The translations under genes and the position numbers were made by a program. The notes below the pieces were generated by a model, which was not told where the DNA came from, did no database searches, and worked only from the letters and a program-made list of their open reading frames with translations. This document shows positions 13,488 through 25,969 of a stretch of DNA of 64,000 nucleotides, one piece after another. The DNA lies in assembly GCF_006345805.1 (NCBI RefSeq), contig NC_043002.1:89838001-89902000 (forward strand). Direction: 5' to 3'. This DNA is from Octopus sinensis. Taxonomy: Eukaryota. Every line of letters begins with the position of its first letter. The first letter of the stretch is position 1.

Positions 13488-14551
13488 ATGTGTGTGTGTG
13501 TGTGTGTGTGTGTGCATGTATGTGTGTGATTGTATCTGTGTGCATCTGTTTTGTTTCTGATTGTGTGTGTGTGCGTGTGTGTACGAGTGTGTACGCATAG
13601 GTCACAGACAGGCAGGGATAGACATAGATATAAAAATAGATAAATGTGTGGGAGGAGACATAGACACATTTATAAAGCAAAAACTGTTTTAAATGTCTTC
13701 AAATTGTCATGCTACACATTAAGTTGACACTCCTCTTTCAAGACACAAACATTAAGAGCGAAATACATGCAAGTCATGTGTGTGTGTGTGTGGTATTGTA
13801 GTTGTCATGTTTGTGTGTGTAATTCTATTTTTCTCTACATTTCTCTTTTCCCTCATTCCAGTAGCAATAGAAAGTTATGTTGTGTATTCCACCCTATCCT
13901 GTTACATCAAAATAAATTACAAAATAAAAGTACTTATTGGATTTTTACATTTATTGTATTTGTTTGTATATTCATTAATTTTACAATATCTCGAAAATTA
14001 GTTTTACTAAAATTTATAAATTATTTTTTTCAAAATCTATGCTATAGATTCTTGATATCTTGATGGTACTTCAGTTTTGTGTGGGTATAAAACAAATTAA
14101 TCAGTGCTGATGCCACAATATAATGCATTCAGTGGTTGGTGGTAGGAAGGGTTGAAATTGTGCCGGAAATGGCCCATACAAGAAATATGTGGTCCCCTGA
14201 TCCATCTTATTCAAAGTGGTAACTTTGAATAAGAACTGACCTGTACCAGCATGGAAAGTCAGTATTCAATAATGATGATGATGATGATGACAACAGCGAT
14301 GACGATGATGTAAATGGTGCCAGATTGACAGAAGATAGAAAAGTGTGGTAACGATATAACATTCTCAGTTTTTCCCAAAAATATTCTTCCATGATTGGCA
14401 AAAGAAGGGCCAAGACAAAAGGAACCATGGTGAGTATGAAAAGTGTCAGAGGCCTGCAAGACTGTACTCTACTTTAGTAGAAAAAAACTGGTCTTTAATC
14501 CTTCAACATTTAGATTACTCTGTCAAATGTAATGCTTATCTATTCACATTT

Positions 14552-14608
14552 ATCATCATCATCATCGTTGTCATCATCATCATCGTCGTCATCATCATCA
14601 TCATCATT

Positions 14609-14656
<48 letters not shown>

Positions 14657-14838
14657 GTCGTCGTCGTCATCATTTAACATCTGTTTTCCATGTTGGCATG
14701 GCTTGGACAGTTTGACAGGAGCTGGCAAGCCAGAGAGCCTCACTAAGCTCTAATTGTCTGCTTTGGCATAGTTTCTATGGCTGGATGCCCTTCCAAACAC
14801 CAACCACCTTACAAAGTGTACTGGGTGCTTTTTACATG
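14552..14838 (-). mobile_element. Expanded (CAT)n tail plus RTE-related 3'UTR, inserted in a piggyBac-type MITE spanning about 14496-15164
   Basis: About 120 bp of (CAT/CGT)n followed by the family 3' end; the flanks are the two halves of the TTAACCC MITE. Confidence 0.7.
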
Positions 14839-16063
14839 TCATTGTCATTTAATGTCCACTTTTCCATGCTTGTGTAATAGGTCAGACAGAAATTTTTAGG
14901 CAGATTTGTTTTTGTTTTTTTTTATAGCTGGACATCCTTCCTGTCACCATCCCACACCTGCTTCCAAGCAAAGGTAATATTTCCCTTGAATTATTTTGAA
15001 TTTATCATGCATTATCTTATAGCTTCGAGATTTCGATGATGTGATTGCTTATTTTTAGAATGACATTGTAGGATAGGTATGAGAAGCCAAATTTGGCTGC
15101 CTTGAATATAGAAATAAGTAGACTATTTGGGCTGAATGTAGCTGGTTTGAATGCTATAGGGTTAATGTGTTGTGCCATAGTTTAATCCCAAATTAGAGTT
15201 GATCTAACAGACCTATTGTCAAAGATAGTCCATCCATGAACAAATTTTTTTTTAGGCAGTTTGCGTTGAGAATTATTCAATATGCATCTCTCTTGTAGGG
15301 TGTGATTTAAGAATGAATTAGCTGCTATTCATAGAAAGCCAAATGACAGCATAACAGTTCCTTCATTGGTTTATATTCTTATAAAAAGAATCAGACATAA
15401 ATGATTTGCTTAGCAAGGTTTCGTAGCCATTTATTGTTTAAGATATAAAACATATTTTTTGTTGAATTTAAGATCTGTCTGCAATAAATTTGTATTATTC
15501 TGCTACCATCTATGTATGTGATGTTTAACTATGAAATGAAATGAAAACAAAATCTGTTATAGACAACAGTTATTCATAAGACAATAACTAATAAACTACG
15601 GAACAAAATCACAGGCATAAGTCTATTATAGACACAGTTTTATATTATTTACATTGTTTTTATAAACAATTGACTCAGAAATAGTTTGAATTGTGATAAA
15701 TATATTGTTGAGATTTTTTTTAGATTCCACACAACACCATGTAGATGCTCTTGTGCTTCATTCATTGGGACTGTTGAAACAAATCCAGTCATGTGTACTT
15801 TACTTTGATATAAAAACTAGGATATAGGACAATGTTAAATGTTACAATGTGGTCATAATGTTATAGATAGACAGATTAGGTCTTCAGTTCTGTTATATAA
15901 AGAGTTTGCTATATATTATTATATATTATATAGATTATATGTTTTTATATATATTATATATATTATATATTATTATATATTATTATATACATTATATATT
16001 ATTATATATATATATATTATATATTATTATATAGATTATATATTATTATATATATTATATAGA

Positions 16064-16376
16064 TCAAAAAGCATAAAAAGCACCATCCGAACGTGGCAGA
16101 TGCCAGCGCCGCCTTGACTGGCTTCCGTGCCGATGGCACGTTAAAAGCACCAACCGATCGTGGCCGATGCCAGACTCCCCTGGCACCTGTACTGGTGGCA
16201 CGTAAAAAGCACCCACTACACTCGCGGAGTGGTTGGCGTTAGGAAGGGCATCCAGCTGTAGAAACACTGCCAGATCAGACTGGAGCCTGGTGCAGCCCTT
16301 GGCTTCCCAGACCCCGGTTGAACCGTCCAACCCGTGCTAGCGCGGAAAACGGACGTTAAACGATGATGATGATGAT
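16064..16376 (+). mobile_element. RTE-related 3'UTR element within TA-rich low-complexity DNA
   Basis: CpG-rich copy ending GGACGTTAAACGATGATGAT. Confidence 0.85.
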
Positions 16377-16957
16377 TATATATCATTATATATATTATAT
16401 ATATTATATATTATTATATACATTATATATTATTATATAGATTATATAGATTATATATTATTATATATATTATATATTATTATATATATTATATATTATT
16501 ATTTTAATTATATTATTATAATTATATTATTATAATTATCTTAATTATATTATTCTTTTAAAACATTTTCAATAATTTTAATAAAAATAAGTCTAGGCTA
16601 TGACTGTGTAGTAAGAAGTTTGCTTCTCAACCACATGTTTCTGGGTTCTTCAGTTCCACTACATGGTACTGTGGACAAATGTGTTCTATTATAGTTGCAG
16701 GCCAACCAAAGCCTTGTCTGTGGATTTGGTTGATGGAAACTGAAAGATGCTCATCCATCCATAAAATATATCTGCCTCAATAACCAGCAACCCATGAAAG
16801 CATGGAATAGTGGATGCTAAAATGATGGCGATGATGATAGTCACTGTGGAAAGATGAACAGAAGTAAAGTATTTTATCATGGATGTGCATAAGCATATTC
16901 ATTGATTGGTAAAAAGATGAAAATAGTAGATAATAACTCTCAATGTATGAAGAGGAA

Positions 16958-17530
16958 CATCATCATCATCATCATCATCGTTTAACGTCCGTTCTCCATG
17001 CTAGCATGGGTTGGACGGTTCGACCGGGGATCTGGGAAGCCAGAAGGCTGCACCAGGCTCCGGTCTTATCTGGCAATGTTTCTACAGCTGGATGCCCTTC
17101 CTAATGCCAACCACTCCATGAGTGTAGTGGGTGCTTTTTACGTGCCACCTGCACTGGTGCCAGGCGAGGCTGGCATCGGCCACGGTCGGATTGGTGTATT
17201 TTACGTGCCACCTGCACAGAAGCCAGTCGAGGTGGCACTGGCTTCAGCCATGATTCGGATGGTGCTTTTTACGTGCCACCGACATGGAAGCCAGTCGAGG
17301 CGGCACTGGCATCAGCCATGATTCGGATAGTGCTTTTTACGTATCTCCAGTCCAGGCATCCTGGCATCTGCCGGGTGCCAGTCATAGGATTGGTTCAATT
17401 TCGATTCCGATTTCACTTGCCCCAACAGGTCTTCGCAAGCAAAGGGGGGTTGGCATAGGTGCCTGTCGTCGGATGAGGTTCGATATCGACTTCGCTTGCC
17501 TCAACAGGTCTTTGTGTGTCCAAGGGAGGA
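16958..17530 (-). mobile_element. RTE-related 3'UTR element with internal ~60-bp tandem array
   Basis: Family 3' end plus repeated TTTTACGTGCCACC..GCCAGTCGAGG..GGCATC..GATTCGGAT units at 17130-17345. Confidence 0.85.
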
Positions 17531-17809
17531 AAAAAAGAATATAGTTTTCAAAGGTGTTCTCAGACTGCAGACAGTGTAAAATTCACTACCTATGTGGCTT
17601 TACTTCAATTCAAATATCAAACACTTCATTAAAAGTACAATTTCAAAAGAAATTGTCTTTCATAGTTTTCTACAAATATTCAATAATCTTCTCATTTTCA
17701 AAATAATCATGAAATTTCCAAGAGTAAAAATAGTGTAAATTTAATTCTATTTCTTTTCATCTGCTTTAAGTAGAAGTGCATCTATATTTCAATGGTATAT
17801 GGAGTAAAT

Positions 17810-18153
17810 GGTGAAGGCGCATGGCTCAGTGGTTAGAGCGTCGAGCTTACGATCGTGAGGTTGTGAGCTCGAATCCCGGGCCGGGCTGCGTGTTGTGTTC
17901 TTGAGCAAGGCACTTTATTTCACGTTGCTCCAGTTCACTCAACTGTAGAAATGAGTTGCGACGTCACTGGTGCCAAGCTGTATCGACCTTTGTCTTTCCC
18001 TTGGATAACACTGGTGGCGTGAAGAGGGGAGGCTGGTATGCATGGGCGACTGCTGGTCTTCCATAAACAACCTTGCCCTGACTTGTGTCTAGGAGGGTAA
18101 CTTTCTAGGTGCAATCCCATGGTCATTCATGACCGAAGGGGGTTTTTATCCTT
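17810..18153 (+). mobile_element. tRNA-derived SINE (head/body B + tail Z), full length with 12-bp TSD
   Basis: A box TGGCTCAGTGG, B-box-like AGCTCGAATCC, body TTGAGCAAGGCACTT; TSD TATGGAGTAAAT at 17798-17809 and 18154-18165. Confidence 0.9.
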
Positions 18154-18676
18154 TATGGAGTAAATTGCTCTCCTGAACTGAAATGGGGCAAGTCAAATCA
18201 ATCCGCATATTTAATTCAATGTTTTTAAGTGATTATTTGCTGGGAATTGAGGGCAAAGAGCAAGTTCCACAGAAACAGAAAGTTTTATGGTTGATTGGTA
18301 GGTTGGTAGATAAGTAAGTAGACAGACAGACAAACAGATAGGCAGACAGATATGAGATTAAACAAAGCATTTTGTGTGGTAGTGTTTCGAGAGACTCATT
18401 GTGTTGATGTCAATATGAAGAATGAGACAATTACAACTGGGTGAAGTCAGTGTGATTAAAGGCTCAATCTGAATCATATAAAATAATTTGTATAACAGGC
18501 ATGCAGTATGATATATTATTAGTGATATGTAAAGCTGACAAGTAACCAAAGGCCTTATAAAACAAAGAAAGGAAACAGCTTATCCATGACATTGATTGTA
18601 TCAAAAAATATATCTCTATATTAAGAATCATGTCAGAACACTAACAGATATGACAGCAAAGATCTTTATCTTAAAA

Positions 18677-18975
18677 CTAGCAGTATCGCCCGGCGTTGCT
18701 CGGGTTTGTAAGGGAAAAAACAATATAAGCATTTTTAGAGAGTTACTTCCCTTATATAATAGCAAAAAGTTGCATTAAAAATGGGAAAAAATTATGGAAA
18801 AATTTTTTTAAAATCGTAGACTCATCGTAGACATGCGCTAATACCCAGAATGGCTCGATATGAATCACGACTATAAGATACCTGCTTTTGGTTACACTGC
18901 ACCGCAAAATGTGGGAGTAGTTACGAATCTAAATCGTAGGAGACAGACACACAACTTCACTTTTATATATAAAGA
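18677..18975 (-). mobile_element. Non-autonomous Helitron
   Basis: Minus strand begins TCTTTATATATAAAA and ends with hairpin CCCGAGCAACGCCGGG then CTAG; inserted between A and T. Confidence 0.8.
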
Positions 18976-18988
18976 TATCTGATAATAT

Positions 18989-19428
<440 letters not shown>

Positions 19429-19544
19429 CTTTACATCAATGACAGATATAAGGAAATAGATGCTTTAGCTATAATTTTCCTTTTTTTGCAAATTAACCAA
19501 GAATTTTGTGATTCTCTCCCAAGTGGTTATAAGGTTTTCAGACC

Positions 19545-19772
19545 TTAACCCTTTAGCAATCAGATATTCTCTCAGTTGTTATACTTATTTATTCACATTG
19601 CTTTGGGCTAATCATACATTATCTCATAAATTCAAAATTTCTATGATGTGATTGTTTATTTTTTAGAATGACATTGTAGGGGAGGTGTAAGACACCAGAT
19701 CTGGCTGGCTTGGACTTAAAACAGGAAGAATATTTTGACCGGATATGGCCAGTTTAAATGCTAATGGGTTAA
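19545..19772. mobile_element. TTAA-flanked piggyBac-type MITE
   Basis: TTAACCCTTTAGCA ... TGCTAATGGGTTAA. Confidence 0.78.
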
Positions 19773-20718
19773 AATAGTAAAATTGTTGGAAGTAAGAAGA
19801 TCCAATGAGGGAGAAGTATAATTAAAGAATAATAACTAGGTCAGGTGATTAATAAGCAGTTCACAAAAAGAAAGTATTGTAATTATTAATTCATATATTA
19901 AGTCTGCTCTAAAGAATTGGCCATGAGGGGAATTACAGAAACAAGTTCATCAATTCTGATTGATTAAGTGCCATATCTATTAAAATGTATGCATTGAGAG
20001 TAGCCATATTTTATGCCTTGAGGGGGTTTTCAACTACATTAGGTATAAACTTATGAAAGGAAATCTCTGCAAGATGTCAGGTTTGGCAGGGATGGTAAAT
20101 GTAATTGATATGTAACTTTGAAGAGTGGTAAATCATTACACTGTAGTGCCAAGGGGAGGAAAGATCCCCTTTTCAGTGCAGTGATTTAAATGTTAATTTT
20201 GACATATTCTCTAATTACATAGCTTAATTTTTAGATGAGAGATGCAGTAATTACCAAGAAATGAAGTACCAGTGAATGAGTCATTGACATTATTTGAACA
20301 TGAAATGCTATGTTTCTGAATCAGAAGAACCTCCCTGAAGATAGGGATAGTTGTTCTACCACCTGAAAAGGAAAAGGTGATAAAAATAGTAATTACCAAT
20401 ATTATGGAAAGATGTAGTCAAATAAATAAGGAATATTTCTGTCTAGTTTAATTCAAGCTAACTGATAGTATTGTTGAATTTAAGTTACATCTAACACCTA
20501 ATGAGTGAATGACTACAATTTCTTAGAGATTTTATTCCATATTTTGATCTTATGAATGTCTATTAGTGTCATATTATCTACATTTAATGTAGGCCTATAT
20601 TACTATATTTTGGTCTCCACACATGATGTAAGGCTATACTAATGTATTAGTTTCTATTGGAACTACTATATATATATATATATATATGTATATACATGCA
20701 TATACATACATACATACA

Positions 20719-20750
<32 letters not shown>

Positions 20751-20755
20751 CATAC

Positions 20756-20832
<77 letters not shown>

Positions 20833-20845
20833 TATATATATACAC

Positions 20846-21940
20846 TAGCATTAAAGACCCGTCGTTGCCGGGTCATAGTGCTAGTGCATGTATATATGTG
20901 TATATATATATATGTACATATTACATGTACATCTATATATATACATCTACACATAAAATGCAAAATACAAAGTTATATCTTGATATCGCTAGTGATAACA
21001 ATACTAAAAATATATAACAGACTGGAATTGCTAACTCTTCTTTTTTCTCTACATTCTATACTTTATAGACAGTAGTTTTTTCTTTAATTTAATTTTTTAT
21101 TATCCATCTGGACTATTCCATTTCTGCACGCTTATTTTATTTTAAATTTATTCCCATTCATGTGAAACCACTTCTTCAAGTTCAAATCATTGATGCAATT
21201 TTATACCAATTGCTATTTTTACTTTTGTTATGTTACGATTATTTTATACTTTAGTTTGATTTTAATTATTACTTACTACATATAATTCAATTTTTATTAT
21301 TATTTTTATTGTTAAAGTGAAAGCATCTGACATGAAATAGAGAAATATTTTTGTTTCACTTTTAACATGTAATACTGAAATAGTGGAGAAGATATGATAT
21401 TGCTATGGGCTCACTCTAGGCAAGAAGTTGAACATTTTTTTTGCCCATGAAACTACATGGACCCTAAGTAAGGCATGTGTAAAATTTGAATGAAATTGGT
21501 TGTGTAGTTTTCAAGTTTTAGGGAATCGTAGTGGAGAAGATATGATATTGCTGTGGGCTCGCCCTTGGCAAAAAGTTCAAAATTTTTTGCCAATGACACT
21601 CCCCGGACCCTAAGTAAGGATGTGTAAAATTTGAATGAAATTGGTTGTGTAGTTCTCAAGATGTAAAACTGAGAATGTGTGTCTATCTGTCTCTCTGTTT
21701 GTGTGTATCCCTAAAACTTGAGAACTACACAACCAATTTCATTCAAATTTTACACATGCCTTACTTAGGGTCCATGTAGTATCATGGGCAAAATTTTTTA
21801 AAACTTTTTGCCTAGTGCGAGCCCACAGCAATATCATATCTTCTCTACTATTTCTGTATTATGTGTCAAAAGTGAAGCAAAAACATCTCTCTCTCTATTG
21901 TAATATCAGATACTTTCTCTTTAATACTTTCACTTTAATA
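20846..21940 (-). mobile_element. Non-autonomous Helitron with inverted 5' portion
   Basis: CTAG and hairpin GACCCGTCGTTGCCGGGTC at 20846-20875 mark a minus-strand 3' end; 21716-21935 is the reverse complement of about 21310-21520. Confidence 0.65.
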
Positions 21941-22091
21941 CCGAAACTATTAAAGCTGGACATCCATAATACTAGAAGATCTGCTATGGTCTTATATGCT
22001 ACACCACTGGTTTTAAATTCATATTATTCGAATTAATATTGAATTTTTCACCCTTATTATTTTTAATTTAAATTTACATGTATAGATATCT

Positions 22092-22495
22092 TTATCTTTT
22101 TATCTTTTACTTGTTTCAGTCATTTGACTGCGGCCATGCTGGAGCACCGCCTTTTTAGTCGAGCAAATCGATCCCAGGACTTATTCTTTGTAAGCCTAGT
22201 ACTTATCCTATCGGTCTCTTTTGCCGAACCACTAAGTAACGGGGACGTAAACACACCAGCATCGGTTGCCAAGCGATGTTGGGGAGACAAACACAGACAC
22301 ACAAACACATATATATATACATATATATATACGACGGGCTTCTTTCAGTTTCCGTCTACCAAATCCACTCACAAGGCTTTGGTCGGCCTGAGGCTATAGT
22401 AGAAGACACTTGCCCAAGGTGCCACGCAGTGGGACTGAACCCGGAACTGTGTGGTTGGTAAGCAAGCTACTTACCACACAGCCACTCCTGCACCT
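22092..22495 (-). mobile_element. tRNA-derived SINE family A
   Basis: Full-length reverse-complement match to 13066-13487. Confidence 0.9.
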
Positions 22496-22527
22496 ATATA
22501 TATATATATATATAATATATATATATA

Positions 22528-22619
<92 letters not shown>

Positions 22620-22662
22620 TATATATACACATCTATATGTATACATATATATTATATATATA

Positions 22663-22832
22663 TCATCATCATCATCATCATCATCATCATTTAATGTCTG
22701 CTTTCCATGCTAGCATAGGTTGGACAATTTGACTGAGGATTGGCGAACCAGATGGCTGCACCAGGCTCCAATCTGATCTGGCAGAGTTTCTACAGCTGGA
22801 TGCCCTTCCTAATGCCAACCACTCCGAGAGTA
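22663..22832 (-). mobile_element. RTE-related 3'UTR fragment
   Basis: (CAT)n plus the family 3' end. Confidence 0.75.
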
Positions 22833-22874
22833 TATATATATATATACTCATGTATATATATGGATGTGTTTGTG

Positions 22875-23034
<160 letters not shown>

Positions 23035-23168
23035 TGTACCTGCATAGCAAGTGATTTAATCTGAGATCGTGTGCTGAAACGAAAACAATTGCAGCGTGGA
23101 AGGTGTTTGTAAGCCATTTAAGAAACACACAAAAGCCGTTCGATTCACTTCAACATTTAAGTTTAATG

Positions 23169-23215
23169 TGTCAAAATATTTTCGTCGCTTTAAGACCGTG
23201 ACCTGTTCACTGACA
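23169..23215 (-). ncRNA. Candidate minimal type I hammerhead ribozyme with G3-C8 variant core, in a Penelope-like repeat (about 23036-23228)
   Basis: Minus strand reads TGTCA-GTGAACA-G-GTCAC-ggtcttaaa-GCGAC-GAAA-ATAT-TT-TGACA: stem I, core, stem II, GAAA, palindromic stem III, UH, stem I; followed by ATTAAA. Confidence 0.6.
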
Positions 23216-24454
23216 AAAAATCTGTGTTGCATCTCTGTTTGCCTACTCAGTTGTATCTATCAATTTATCTTTGTGTGTATGTGTGTGTGTGTATAACACC
23301 CTAATGAGGGCCTTAACTCCCAAATTTTAGTCATTACTTTTATGATCCAAAACTAGGTCAAAAGTACTGAATGGATCTTTATGAAATTTGGAAGTTATAT
23401 TCTATGCATAAGGGCCATAACCCCCATGACAATTCATATATTTTTGCTGTTGATGAAATTTTAACCATAGATATTAGACACAAATGAAGTAATATTTATA
23501 AAATTTCATCTTCTTACAAGTTAGAAAAACCCCTCCATGAGGACTTAACACCCACAATTTTGTCATTTAATCTAAGCAAAGACAAATACAGTTGTACTCT
23601 TGGAAGCTGTAGGGTTACCCGAGCATAAAAGATGAGCATTATTTGTAATTCAGTGGTACAACAGTATAACAGTTTGCTTTGACATACACTTACATTGTGA
23701 TTTCTGCAATGTGGTGCATAAATTGTCAAGTAAATGAGAGGCATCTTTGCCTCCACTGATTCAGTTGCAAAGTGTTGAGTAAAGTTATTTGATTGCAGAC
23801 CTCCTTTCAGTCTTTTTATTATCACTGGGTCACACATAGTCCCCAGATGGTAACATTGATTTCAAGACCTTCCCAGATGAGTGACTGGTTATTCAAAGAC
23901 ATTTATAGATTGTAAATTTATTCTGTCCAGTTACGTATTAGTATAGTGGTCATTTGCAAACTCCAGAGGTGACACTTTCATTTCTCCTTAGCCCTCATGT
24001 CACACAGTTGTTAATGTTTATTTCAGTTGGGTCACACCCTTCCAATTGCTATATATTCGTAATGCATCTTACAGCTGTGCCTGTCACCTGGATGGTGAGG
24101 AATCCTACATTGGGAGTGGTAACAACTAGGGTAGGGTAGCTGACTGCTTATTGTGATCATTCGTCTTTTGGTTTTCTGTAGCTTTACTCTCTTTTACAAA
24201 CCCAGTGAACATATATTTCCTATTTCAAAGAAATTCAAACAACAGATATAAGACCCAAGTTTAAAAGATTCTCAACAATTCAACTTCTCTGCTTGACATT
24301 AAGACACCCACTCCAACAGGGCCTTCACTCTCACATTTTAGAGCTCCATGACCTTCATTTTTCAGGTGCAAAATCCTTTTAACAGGTTCAATAAGACTGG
24401 AATTTTGGAATATGCACATAAAAATTAGTAGTATGGGATACATGTGGCATGATT

Positions 24455-24611
24455 ACAATTTTTTTAGGGTGTGTAAAGAGGGAAATAACCCTCATCTGCA
24501 ATTTTGATGAAATTCAAAACATAGATATTCCAGTTCATTACAGAAAATATAACAGAAAAGTCTAATTCTTCAATTGCATGTAACACGGGCAATGCCGGGT
24601 ATCTCTGCTAG
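24455..24611 (+). mobile_element. Helitron 3' end (5' boundary uncertain, possibly near 23230)
   Basis: Hairpin-like ACGGGCAATGCCGGGT followed by CTAG-T at 24608-24612. Confidence 0.6.
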
Positions 24612-24889
24612 TATATATATGGTTTTTACACTATATACATACATACGCAGACACACACACATATATGGTTTTTACACTATTTGTATATAGTCATGGACTG
24701 GCAATTCAGTTTTGCTCCAATTCAGTTCAGCTATGGCAAAGCATCGATGCCCATCACTGCTGAATGGGATTTGGGGTGAGTTGTCTTGCCTCTCTATGAC
24801 TTCCAGGTGTTTTAACACATGGCACTTTGAGCTAAATTGCTGCCTACTGATGGATAAATAAAGCACATATATTGAGTATGTGTGTTCGG

Positions 24890-24923
<34 letters not shown>

Positions 24924-25329
24924 TATATAAGGCAAGCTGGTTGAATAGTTAACATGTTAGACAAAATGCTTAGTGGAATTTCTTCACTCAAATCCTGTAG
25001 AGATCCCTTTGGGATCGATAAAATAAAGTACTAGTCAAGAACTGGGGTTGATGTAATAGGCTTGTTCCCTCCTCTTAAAATTGCTAGCCTTGGACCCTTC
25101 TAACAAACCAGTGTCCTGTTCAGGGACATGTTGTGATCACAGTAACTTGTACACCATGGAAACCATGTAACTGGTCTTATGAATCCTAGATTTCAAGAAA
25201 AAGAAGTACATGCGTATATAAAAAATACATATGTATGTGTATGTATGGCACCTTGCTATACTCAAGAAGACCTGTCCTCCACAGCAGAAGTGTTAATGAC
25301 ACTCCTGCTGAAGAAGATTCGCCTGCAAG

Positions 25330-25575
25330 GGCCTTGTGCCAGTATCACATAAAAAGTGCAGCTACTGGTGCACTGTAAAAGCACCCATGCTGGTGCCATA
25401 TAAAAGGCACCCAGCACACTCTGGAAAGTGGTTGGTGTTAGGAATGGCATCCAGCCATAGAAACCAAGCCAAATCAGACTGGAACCTGGTGTAGCTCTCC
25501 TACTTGCCAGCTCTGGTCGAACTGTCCAACCTATGCCAGCATGGAAAACAGACATTAAATGATGATGATGGTGAT
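25330..25575 (+). mobile_element. RTE-related 3'UTR element
   Basis: AAAAGCACCC repeats plus the family 3' end and GAT tail. Confidence 0.75.
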
Positions 25576-25576
25576 G

Positions 25577-25614
<38 letters not shown>

Positions 25615-25637
25615 TGTATATATGTATGAATGTATGC

Positions 25638-25673
<36 letters not shown>

Positions 25674-25921
25674 AATTATATATGACTAGTGATACAGACT
25701 AAAAACCAAAGATGCCACATCAAACAATTATTTTTCATCCTTTTATTCCAAAATAAGATTGTAATCCACGACTTTTAATGAGAAATGAAATTATTTGAAT
25801 TGAAGAAGATCAATGAAACCATTATTGAGACATTGCAAACAAGAGTGAATGACTATGTATCAAAGTTCATTTAATTAAGGAAAAAATTATAGTGATCTGA
25901 ATGGATCAAAACAAACTGGGG

Positions 25922-25952
<31 letters not shown>

Positions 25953-25969
25953 ACATACATATATATACA

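Noticed and set aside
17810-17890. tRNA-like sequence (also at 13066, 31643 and 54516)
   Set aside because: A and B boxes run into SINE bodies, some with TSDs; there is no complete cloverleaf acceptor stem.
20250-20363. Possible minus-strand exon (TTTTCCTTTTCAG acceptor, open frame, GTAATT donor)
   Set aside because: The peptide is unrecognisable and has no partner exons; such signals arise by chance in AT-rich DNA. RNA-seq would be needed.
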